A model generated the notes under the pieces. That model had not been told where the DNA came from, did no database searches, and saw only the letters and a program-made list of their open reading frames with translations. The translations under genes and the position numbers were made by a program. From an archaeon (GTDB taxonomy: Archaea > Nanobdellota > Nanobdellia > Pacearchaeales > GW2011-AR1): DNA of 64,000 bases. How positions within the stretch are numbered: position 1 is the stretch's first letter; every line of letters begins with the position of its first letter. Positions 8,501-15,890 of the stretch are shown here, in pieces. The stretch is from NCBI GenBank assembly GCA_038121585.1, contig JAYONY010000001.1, positions 117,940 to 181,939 of the forward strand. The letters run 5' to 3'.

Positions 8501-10473
8501 AGACACGTCGCGTCAGCTTCTGCTTGTGTTCCCGCAACAGCGATTTGATTGTCAGAACATGCTTTCACGAATATCCCATTACCTGATGGGCCAATAATAT
8601 TTGCTGTGTCTTTGAATGTGTCACCGACACCGATACTTTGATAATAGATGAATTGGCGTGATTTATCATTTATAAAGTCAGGGAATAACAAGTTTCCAAT
8701 TTCTGACCCTTCAGGTAAGTTTTGATGACGATTCATATGATGAATTGTAACATCAATAAATGCAGGAGTTACTAAGTCATACGCTACGTGTTGATTAAGT
8801 AAGCGATTATCAGCATCATGCGAGTTTTCAAGGTCGACTGTGCGATATGATAAGAGGTAGTAATTTCCTTTTTTCTCTTCTGGTAGCCCATCAATATAGA
8901 GTGAAACGACCATTGGATCTGTTCCTGCAGGAATTTCTCCCGTATCGTGTGGTGCAAGTGTTATGAGTTGTGGCCCTGATGCTGCCAAGTTTTCTGAAGT
9001 AATACCGAGAACCCTATCTTTAGGAATAACGCCTGTATCTCCTTTGGTCCCTATACGATACCCCATTTGTTGAGATGTTGGCATGGTATCTCGCAAACCA
9101 AATAGGTAATGAGAAGTTATACACGTTGCCATTTCTTCTGGACACACACCTACCCCTAATGTATTCATATTATAACATTGCCCACATGCAGGAGTAGAAT
9201 AATAATAATCAGGGTGTTTGAGCGCTGAGGGATGTGCTTGCGTATCACCAAAACCACTTGCGAAAGGACCAAATCTATTTGTTGAAATAACATGTAGAAA
9301 TTCATGAGCAATTACCCCATCAAAATCCCAAAATCCAGTCTCAAAAGAAGGATCTAATTTGAAATAAATCCATGAAGGCGTTGCTGATGACGTATAAGAA
9401 GTAATGCACTTACTACCATCTTCCATTAGTACAGGTGTAGTGATGATAAAGTATATTACACGATTATATGTATCTCGAGGATTAAAACCATTTTCTTCAA
9501 TCATTGCATCATCAGCAAATTGCATAAGTTCAGGGTACGTATTAGGACATCCTGCAGGAGTAATGCTATCGATGGTGAATGAAGTTCGAAAGACATCAAC
9601 CTCAGAAATTGGATCATTTAGCCCTTCTAATGTAAACGCATCATAGAAATAATAATCTAAATCTGCCTGTAATCCTGGTTGCATGGTCGCAACTCCTGCA
9701 TCAGTTAGTACGTGTGATGCATCATACGTCTCTCCGGTTTCAGTAAATTCTGCAAAATCTACTATTACTAGTGCAGTCTTGAGTGTTCCGTTATCTCCTG
9801 CAAGAAGCGGCCAGCGATGCTGTTGGAAAGGGTCTTCAGGGTCTACTATCCAGATTGCTGTCGCATTTATTATTGGTGAAGCGCCAAGCACAGTACCTTG
9901 TGCGTCATAGCCAACTATTTGATACCGTCTCTCGCCCCATACAGTGAGAGGCGGCATTTCAGTAAAGGTAGTAGCACTCGTTTCTCCAAGATAGTCAGCA
10001 TCACAATTCCCACTTGCAAAACAACGAAATACTCGATACATTGTAGCACTCTCAAACGCCTCCCACGATACTTCAAAGGTTACTGGATTACTGCTTGTTT
10101 GCGTAAGTTCTGGATTAAAGCTTGTAAATACATTTGTATGTATGACAGTAGTTACTTGTGATTCGTTAAGTTCAGTAGGAGTAAGTACAGGAGGTGGCAA
10201 CGGTGTTGATTGATTGCTTTCATTTATATCCGGAGTATCAGGGAGATCCTCAAGATTTTCAGAATCATCGCTTGTATTAGTGCTTGCATTTGTTATTGGT
10301 GGTTCAGAGGTTTCTGATTGATTCTGTGTTCCGTTTGTAGGAGGTTCTTGTTCAGTATCACTTTCTTTATTGAACCCTTCATTGACAACAACAAGTGCAG
10401 CAATAATCCCGATTAAAATCAAGGCTAATACTCCAATAATAAGAATGCCTGCTAAACCCCTTCTTGATTGCAT
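8497..10473 (-). CDS. Membrane-anchored secreted protein with sequon-rich stalk and HExxH (putative zinc metalloprotease)
   Basis: N-terminal anchor 'GLAGILIIGVLALILIGIIAALVVV', an acidic Thr/Ser/Asn/Pro stalk with 7 NxS/T sequons, and 'GVIAHEFLHVIS'. The start at the second Met (10473) is favoured because it lies about 25 nt downstream of TTTAAATATTA. The alternative start is 10488. Confidence 0.6.
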   Translation of the reverse strand: MQSRRGLAGILIIGVLALILIGIIAALVVVNEGFNKESDTEQEPPTNGTQNQSETSEPPITNASTNTSDDSENLEDLPDTPDINESNQSTPLPPPVLTPTELNESQVTTVIHTNVFTSFNPELTQTSSNPVTFEVSWEAFESATMYRVFRCFASGNCDADYLGETSATTFTEMPPLTVWGERRYQIVGYDAQGTVLGASPIINATAIWIVDPEDPFQQHRWPLLAGDNGTLKTALVIVDFAEFTETGETYDASHVLTDAGVATMQPGLQADLDYYFYDAFTLEGLNDPISEVDVFRTSFTIDSITPAGCPNTYPELMQFADDAMIEENGFNPRDTYNRVIYFIITTPVLMEDGSKCITSYTSSATPSWIYFKLDPSFETGFWDFDGVIAHEFLHVISTNRFGPFASGFGDTQAHPSALKHPDYYYSTPACGQCYNMNTLGVGVCPEEMATCITSHYLFGLRDTMPTSQQMGYRIGTKGDTGVIPKDRVLGITSENLAASGPQLITLAPHDTGEIPAGTDPMVVSLYIDGLPEEKKGNYYLLSYRTVDLENSHDADNRLLNQHVAYDLVTPAFIDVTIHHMNRHQNLPEGSEIGNLLFPDFINDKSRQFIYYQSIGVGDTFKDTANIIGPSGNGIFVKACSDNQIAVAGTQAEADATCL

Positions 10474-10530
10474 AGCATTATGCCGCACTGATAATATTTA
10501 AAATGCCCTTATAGGCAATCTAAGAAATGC

Positions 10531-10561
10531 ACTGGTGCAAAGGGGAATCCCGTGCACCAGT
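10531..10561 (-). terminator. Perfect 9-bp stem hairpin after a T-rich tract
   Basis: ACTGGTGCA-(13 nt)-TGCACCAGT. It lies downstream of the 10595-10993 gene, following TTTTATTTTTTTATTTATCCTGTTTTT on the coding strand. Function is inferred only. Confidence 0.3.
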
Positions 10562-10594
10562 AAAAACAGGATAAATAAAAAATAAAAGGTTGGT

Positions 10595-10993
10595 TTATTC
10601 AGAGGGCTCAGTTGAAGCACTTGGCGAACCAACAGTGCTATCAAATAAGCTGTTAAATAAGGTATTGTATTTCCTTACTTCTCCACCTGAAACTTTGTCA
10701 AGACCACCTTCTCTGTCTACATCAACAAGGAAAGTGTCAAACGATTTACTTCCAGCATCATAATCTTTTCCAATCAAGTAGTTTGAAGTAAAGCTAGCGT
10801 CAACAACGTTTCCTTCTCGGTCTGTTGTAACACCAATTCGGTACTTGCCCCATTGCTCATCATTTCCAGTGTAAAATTGCTCGGAAGCAACACGTTCTGA
10901 TTGATTGAGCACTCCTGAACTACCTGATGTAGCGCATCCTGGCGCTCCAGCAAGCGTAAGTGCTGCAAGTCCAGCTAAGAATGATTTTCTCAT
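10595..10993 (-). CDS. Putative secreted/lipoprotein
   Basis: Signal-like 'MRKSFLAGLAALTLAGAPGC' followed by a Ser/Gly linker. A GGAGGG Shine-Dalgarno lies upstream. Confidence 0.5.
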   Translation of the reverse strand: MRKSFLAGLAALTLAGAPGCATSGSSGVLNQSERVASEQFYTGNDEQWGKYRIGVTTDREGNVVDASFTSNYLIGKDYDAGSKSFDTFLVDVDREGGLDKVSGGEVRKYNTLFNSLFDSTVGSPSASTEPSE

Positions 10994-11169
10994 TACAATG
11001 TATCCCTCCTTTCAGCCGTATGTATAAATATACTGGGAGTCATCGTACTTTTATCGACGATTAAAGGATTTTAAAGATTATGGTGATAAAAAACCACCTC
11101 TTTTGGGGGGTAAAAAACAAAAAAATAGGGAAAAAGAAGTAAAAACAAAACTTCAGCTACCAGCCAACC

Positions 11170-11643
11170 TTATCGGCGGCGTCGTGCTGTTGTAGTACGG
11201 CGCGTTGCTTTTCGCGTTGTTGCCTTGCGACGTGTGGCAGGTTTACGCGTTGCAGTCTTTTTACGTGCAGCAGTTGTTGCTTTACGTGCAGCAGCAGCTT
11301 TTCGCTGTGCAGCAAGTCGTGCTCGACGTGCTTCAGCCGTTTCCTTACGTGCTTCAGCTGTCTTTTTACGCGCTGTTGTAGCAGCTTTTCGTGCTGTTGC
11401 GGTTGCTTTACTTGCAGCAGCTCGTGCTCGACGTGCTTCAGCTGTTTCGCGTCGTGCAACAGTTTTAGCTCGCGTTGCAGCTTTTCGTGCAGTAGCAGCT
11501 TTTCGTGCTGCAGCTGTACGTGTCGCAGGTGTGCGACGTGTTGCTGTTTTTCGCGTTGCTTTCTTTCGTGTTGCTGTTTTTCGCGTTGCCGTTCTACGTG
11601 TTGTTTTTCTTCTGGTTGCGGTTTTTCTTCGTGTTGCAGCCAT
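11170..11643 (-). CDS. Extremely basic Ala/Thr/Arg/Lys repeat protein (histone H1-like, putative nucleoid protein)
   Basis: A 157-aa ORF built from ATRK/AARKA-type units. GAGGTG lies 10 nt upstream of the ATG. The stretch is locally GC-rich. The other long ORFs here are alternative frames of the same repeat. Confidence 0.6.
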   Translation of the reverse strand: MAATRRKTATRRKTTRRTATRKTATRKKATRKTATRRTPATRTAAARKAATARKAATRAKTVARRETAEARRARAAASKATATARKAATTARKKTAEARKETAEARRARLAAQRKAAAARKATTAARKKTATRKPATRRKATTRKATRRTTTARRRR

Positions 11644-11803
11644 TGTAAATTAACACCTCTTTATGATTTCAACAGCACATTTGCTTATTTAAAACTAACG
11701 TATTTTTTCAATAATGAAATTTTTCTTTCAATTTAGGAGTTACAATCAGCGACGAGAAAATAAAACGTGCAAATAAAGAAGTATGAACGTAAGAAAAAAT
11801 AAA

Positions 11804-11931
11804 CGTCTTGGGAAGGACTCGAACCTCCGACCCCACGGTCACTGTGATCCAAATCCCAGAGGGATCAACACACATTGTAGCGTGTGGTGGATCCTAACAG
11901 CCGTGTGCTCTACCTACTGAGCTACCAAGAC
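11804..11931 (-). tRNA. tRNA-Asn (GUU) with 55-nt canonical 37/38 intron
   Basis: Hand-folded arms: acceptor GTCTTGG/CCAAGAC, D arm GCTC-AGTAGGTA-GAGC, anticodon stem CACGG/CCGTG with loop CTGTTA|A, and T arm GGAGG-TTCGAGT-CCTTC. The intron forms helix-bulge-helix-bulge-helix (CTGT/ACAG central 4 bp, 3-nt bulges TAG and TGA, outer helix GATCC/GGATC). No encoded CCA. Confidence 0.85.
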
Positions 11932-11954
11932 ATGCTTGTTTCAACGAGAAACGC

Positions 11955-11962
11955 TATTTAAA
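11955..11962 (-). promoter_or_regulatory. TATA box (TTTAAATA on minus strand) for tRNA-Asn
   Basis: The box ends 24 nt upstream of the tRNA 5' end at 11931. Confidence 0.45.
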
Positions 11963-11981
11963 GATTGTCCCCTGCGCAAGA

Positions 11982-11989
11982 CTTAAATG
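11982..11989 (+). promoter_or_regulatory. A/T box (CTTAAATG) for the GGDEF gene
   Basis: The box ends 22 nt upstream of the ATG at 12011, which is leaderless-type spacing. Confidence 0.35.
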
Positions 11990-12010
11990 AACGCAGTACA
12001 TTAGTAGTGC

Positions 12011-12613
12011 ATGCCAAAAAAAGAGTCTAGAATTCACACAATAAAGAAAAAAATTGATGTTCTGCAACCAGCGTTCAAAGCTAACCTCGATAAAATATTA
12101 GATGAAGTGGCAGGATCACTTGAAGCACTCTATGAAATAGCTACTCGCGACGAGAAAACAGGATTATACAATCATCGCTTTTTCAAAACAGTGTTTGAAA
12201 TGGAGCTTGAGCGTGCAAAGCGAGGCCAGAAATTCTCATTGATAGCAATTGATATTGATTTTTTCAAAAAACTCAACGACACATACGGACACCTTGCTGG
12301 TGACGAAGCATTATTACAACTCGGCAAGGTATTGCAAAAACTCCTGCGTAAATATGATACACTCGCTCGATTTGGAGGTGAAGAATTCTTTATTCTCCTT
12401 CCAAACACCCCTATAGCACGTGCGCATAAAGTTGCTGAACGAATTAGAAAGAACATTCATCAAAATGCATTTCTCAAAAAACATAATGTAACATTATCAC
12501 TTGGCGTTACTGAATATAGAGATCGTGACTCCCTTACTACAATGATTAAGCGCGCTGATAAAGCCCTCTATACGTCTAAGCGTGAAGGACGTAATCGAAC
12601 CACACGCATTTAA
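12011..12613 (+). CDS. Stand-alone GGDEF-domain diguanylate cyclase
   Basis: 'DEKTGLYNHRFF', 'IDIDFFKKLNDTYGHLAGDE', I-site 'RKYD' five residues before the active-site 'GGEEF', and 'ADKALYTSKREGRN'. No sensor domain; only a ~45-aa N-terminal helix. Confidence 0.85.
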   Translation: MPKKESRIHTIKKKIDVLQPAFKANLDKILDEVAGSLEALYEIATRDEKTGLYNHRFFKTVFEMELERAKRGQKFSLIAIDIDFFKKLNDTYGHLAGDEALLQLGKVLQKLLRKYDTLARFGGEEFFILLPNTPIARAHKVAERIRKNIHQNAFLKKHNVTLSLGVTEYRDRDSLTTMIKRADKALYTSKREGRNRTTRI

Positions 12614-12637
12614 ATACCGATTTCTAAGAGTTGTTGT

Positions 12638-13735
12638 ATGACGAAAAAAGTATTACTTGGTTTGTCCGGCGGTGTTGATTCAGCAGTAGCAGCGCACCTC
12701 CTCCAAAAAGAAGGATATGAAGTTATAGGCGCATTTATGAAAAACTTCTCCGATACAAAAAACCAGTTAACAGGTGACTGTAACTGGGTTGAGGACAGAA
12801 AAGACGCGCAAAAAGTAGCGGCAAAACTCAATATCCCACTTATAACACTCGACTTCGAAGACGAATACAAAAAGTATGTTATTGACCCTATGTTTGACGA
12901 CTATGCGAAAGGATTAACGCCGAATCCCGACTCATTATGTAATAAAATCATTAAATTCCCGCTATTATGGAAGGAAGCACAAAAACGAGGGTGCGACTAT
13001 ATTGCAACAGGACACTATATCAAACGAACATACAACAAGAAAACTAACGAGTATGAATTGCATATTCCAAAAGACACAGGCAAAGACCAATCCTATTTTC
13101 TCTATGAATTAACGCAAACAGATATCAAACATTCATTATTTCCAATTGCTGACTACACAAAAGACGAAGTGCGAGCAATAGCAAAAAAACATAATTTACA
13201 TAACTTTGACAAGCATGGAACACGCGGCATTTGTTTTGTTGGTAAAGTTGACCTCAAAGAATTTCTCAAACAACGAATAAAACCAAAACAAGGCAAAATT
13301 CTTAACGACAGAGGTAAACAAATAGGCGTGCATGATGGCGTCATGTATTTCACCATTGGAGAACGTGCCTCCGACAAACACATGGAAATCTTCAAAGAAT
13401 TTCGCAATGCTGCAAAGCAAAAATTGTTTATTGCTCGTAAAAATCCTAAAAACAACACGTTAGTTGTCGTCCCAAAACCACACTCCCTCCTCACTACAAA
13501 AGAATTCTATGTGCGCAAACTACACTTCATAAGTAAGCATGACAAACAAGACAGAATGAACATCAAGATTCGATACCGCCATCTAGCACCACTCATTCCT
13601 GCAACACTCACAAAAGTAGGTTCACGCTGGAAGTGTACGACAAAACAACCGATTGAAGCGCTCGCCGACGGCCAATCTTGTATTTTTTACAAAGGCACAA
13701 AAATGCTTGGTGGGGGCGAAATTAGGTTTTCCTGA
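12638..13735 (+). CDS. mnmA: tRNA 2-thiouridylase MnmA (bacterial type)
   Basis: PP-loop 'LSGGVDSAVAA', 'TPNPDSLCNKIIKF' and 'IATGHY'. It lies 24 nt after the GGDEF gene on the same strand. Confidence 0.9.
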   Translation: MTKKVLLGLSGGVDSAVAAHLLQKEGYEVIGAFMKNFSDTKNQLTGDCNWVEDRKDAQKVAAKLNIPLITLDFEDEYKKYVIDPMFDDYAKGLTPNPDSLCNKIIKFPLLWKEAQKRGCDYIATGHYIKRTYNKKTNEYELHIPKDTGKDQSYFLYELTQTDIKHSLFPIADYTKDEVRAIAKKHNLHNFDKHGTRGICFVGKVDLKEFLKQRIKPKQGKILNDRGKQIGVHDGVMYFTIGERASDKHMEIFKEFRNAAKQKLFIARKNPKNNTLVVVPKPHSLLTTKEFYVRKLHFISKHDKQDRMNIKIRYRHLAPLIPATLTKVGSRWKCTTKQPIEALADGQSCIFYKGTKMLGGGEIRFS

Positions 13736-13780
13736 GACTCTCAAACATACCTTTTTATAATTTGCAGAATTTCTGAATAC

Positions 13781-14341
13781 ATGAACGTTGAACGTGCTAT
13801 TGAAACGAGGAGATCATGCAGAGAATTTGCTCAGGGCAAAGTACGATGGGACAAAGTGCTTGAAGCTGTTGATGCTGCACTCAAAGCACCGTTTGCAGGT
13901 AACATTAACAATCTCAAATTTATTATTGTTGAAGATGAAAAAACAAAGAATGATATTGCGTATCAATGCCAGCAAGACTGGGTTGCAGACGCAAATATTA
14001 TCGTAGTAGTCTGTAGTGATGAATCGCAACTTACTCGTTCCTATCATGAACGAGGTAAAAAATATTCTGCACAACAAGCTGGTGCTGCAATACAGAATTT
14101 TACACTTAGACTCACAGAACTTGGCCTTGCAACCTGTTGGGTTGGAGCGTACGCTGATGAACTACTCAAACAAGTCCTGCATATTCCCGAACATATTAGT
14201 ATTGAAGCAGTGCTTCCAGTCGGTAAACCGTTTGATAAGCCACCTGCTGCTAAGCGATTAAGTCTTGAAAACGCCACGTTCTGGGGCGAATGGGGAAAAA
14301 ACCACAGGGGCCCAATAGTCAAAGAACCAAGTGAATTCTAA
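13781..14341 (+). CDS. Nitroreductase family protein
   Basis: 'AIETRRSCREF', 'AALKAPFAGNINNLKFIIV' and 'QQAGAAIQNFTLRLTELGLATCWVG'. Confidence 0.8.
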   Translation: MNVERAIETRRSCREFAQGKVRWDKVLEAVDAALKAPFAGNINNLKFIIVEDEKTKNDIAYQCQQDWVADANIIVVVCSDESQLTRSYHERGKKYSAQQAGAAIQNFTLRLTELGLATCWVGAYADELLKQVLHIPEHISIEAVLPVGKPFDKPPAAKRLSLENATFWGEWGKNHRGPIVKEPSEF

Positions 14342-14399
14342 AATTCGCCTTAGCGATAAAAAGAAGAAAGATAAAAAAAATAAAAAAAAAGTTTAGCAC

Positions 14400-15482
14400 T
14401 TATCGAAAGACTTCGATGCCGAGATCGGACATTTCTGTTGGATGTGCTGAAGCATGTGATTCTTCTGCGTCCTTACCAAGTACGTATGGTGATTTAACAC
14501 CTGTCATAATAGTAATGACTCGTACTTTGTTACCGAATTCCTTGTTAATACGAGCTCCAATAATAACTTGGGCTTCCGCACTCAGGTTTTCAGTAACTAA
14601 TTGTCCGATTCCGGAGAATTCTTCTAACTTAAAGTCAGGACCACACGTGATGTGAATGAGAGCTCCCGTCGCTCCGCGATAGTCAACATCCAATAGTGGA
14701 TGCGTCAACGCTTGACGTACAGCTTCCTCAACACGCATACTACTGTCCGCCTCACCTACGCCAATAACTGCAACGTCACCGCCACGCATGATTGCTGAAA
14801 CGTCAGCATAGTCTAAGTTAATCAATGATGGCAAGGTAATTGTCTCCACGATTCCTTTGATCATTGTACTTACTAGCTCGTTAGCAACAGCGAACGCTTG
14901 TTCCATTGGCAAGTTACCTGCGATATCAACGAGTCGGTTATTGTCAACCACGATACACGTGTCAACAACTTCTCGTAGTTCTTGCAGTCCGAATTCTGCC
15001 TTATCGATTCGTGCTTTTTCACATTCAAACGGCATTGTCACAACACCGATAACTACTGCTCCTGATTCTTTCGCGAGCTGTGCTACGACTGGTGCGGATC
15101 CGGTTCCGGTTCCACCACCCATTCCTGCACAAATAAAGACCATGTCAGCATTGCTGGTTGTCTTCTTGAGCTCTGAAAGTGTTTCTTTAGCTGCTTCTCG
15201 ACCTCGTTGTGGGAATCCTCCCGCTCCAAGACCTCGAGTTAGCTCTTTACCAATGAGAACTTTCTCATCAGCTTTGGTAATGCTCAGGTGTAGTGCGTCA
15301 GTATTAAGTCCGTACACGGTAGCGCCGTTAATTCCTTTGTTGAATAACCACGTAATCGTGTTACAACCTGCTCCACCACAGCCAAATACCTTAATATTAG
15401 CCTTTCCAGCGCGCAAGTCGTCAAAATTAATACTGTGCGTTTCGACGTTTTGAATTGCCTCTTTTGCAAAATCAAGCACCAT
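14400..15482 (-). CDS. ftsZ: Cell division GTPase FtsZ
   Basis: 'FGCGGAGCNT' and the tubulin signature 'GMGGGTGTGSAPVVA'. An in-frame stop 4 codons upstream fixes the ATG at 15482. Confidence 0.95.
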   Translation of the reverse strand: MVLDFAKEAIQNVETHSINFDDLRAGKANIKVFGCGGAGCNTITWLFNKGINGATVYGLNTDALHLSITKADEKVLIGKELTRGLGAGGFPQRGREAAKETLSELKKTTSNADMVFICAGMGGGTGTGSAPVVAQLAKESGAVVIGVVTMPFECEKARIDKAEFGLQELREVVDTCIVVDNNRLVDIAGNLPMEQAFAVANELVSTMIKGIVETITLPSLINLDYADVSAIMRGGDVAVIGVGEADSSMRVEEAVRQALTHPLLDVDYRGATGALIHITCGPDFKLEEFSGIGQLVTENLSAEAQVIIGARINKEFGNKVRVITIMTGVKSPYVLGKDAEESHASAHPTEMSDLGIEVFR

Positions 15483-15498
15483 TGAGTTTTCTGTTCAT
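15472..15498 (-). promoter_or_regulatory. SD-preceded 8-codon uORF (MNRKLNGA*) overlapping the ftsZ start codon
   Basis: The sequence AAAGGAGGTATAATGAACAGAAAACTCAATGGTGCTTGA carries GGAGG 4 nt before the uORF ATG. The ftsZ ATG is embedded in the uORF in another frame, 20 nt from the SD. Confidence 0.3.
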
Positions 15499-15590
15499 TA
15501 TACCTCCTTTCACCGATATGTGTAGATGGGCTAGAAAATCGTCGCTGGTTTAAATAATTGCCTATATTTTAGGACATGGGTTTGCAACTA

Positions 15591-15860
15591 TCAGTCCCCA
15601 TGATGCCAATGAGCTGCTTTGTGATGACCAGGAGTTAAATGCGAGAGCTTTCGCTTTGGCAAGTGTATAACCCCTAAGACAATGAGTGCAAGCCCTAAGA
15701 AGAGATACAGTAAAAGCATGATTAAGAAGAATATTTCCTGTCCGGTTATCGAAATTGCAATGAGCGCACTGATAGTATTGACAGTCGCATGTGCTAAATA
15801 AAATGAGAAAAATACCGATACTGCCCCGACAGGTAACGCCCACGCACTCGTTTGTTTCAT
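15591..15860 (-). CDS. Small membrane protein with His-rich C-terminus
   Basis: Three hydrophobic segments and the tail 'HLTPGHHKAAHWHHGD'. It lies between the deoxyhypusine synthase gene and ftsZ on the same strand. The overlapping ORF 15562-15843 is judged spurious. Confidence 0.45.
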   Translation of the reverse strand: MKQTSAWALPVGAVSVFFSFYLAHATVNTISALIAISITGQEIFFLIMLLLYLFLGLALIVLGVIHLPKRKLSHLTPGHHKAAHWHHGD

Positions 15861-15890
15861 GCTACCTAAAAGACAAATACATTATAAAAA

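Noticed and set aside
11157-11653. Two further long ORFs (11225-11653 plus strand, Arg/Val/Ala-rich; 11157-11459 minus strand, His/Gln/Leu/Lys-rich) in the basic-repeat region. I also considered a non-coding tandem or CRISPR-like repeat.
   Set aside because: They are alternative frames of the same degenerate repeat. Only the 11170-11643 minus frame has an SD (GAGGTG) and an ATG. The repeats are imperfect, have codon periodicity and lack unique spacers, so this is not a CRISPR array.
14857-15453. A 198-aa plus-strand ORF antisense to ftsZ.
   Set aside because: It lies opposite a highly conserved FtsZ coding frame. Its Ser/Thr/Pro-rich composition is typical of antisense translation.
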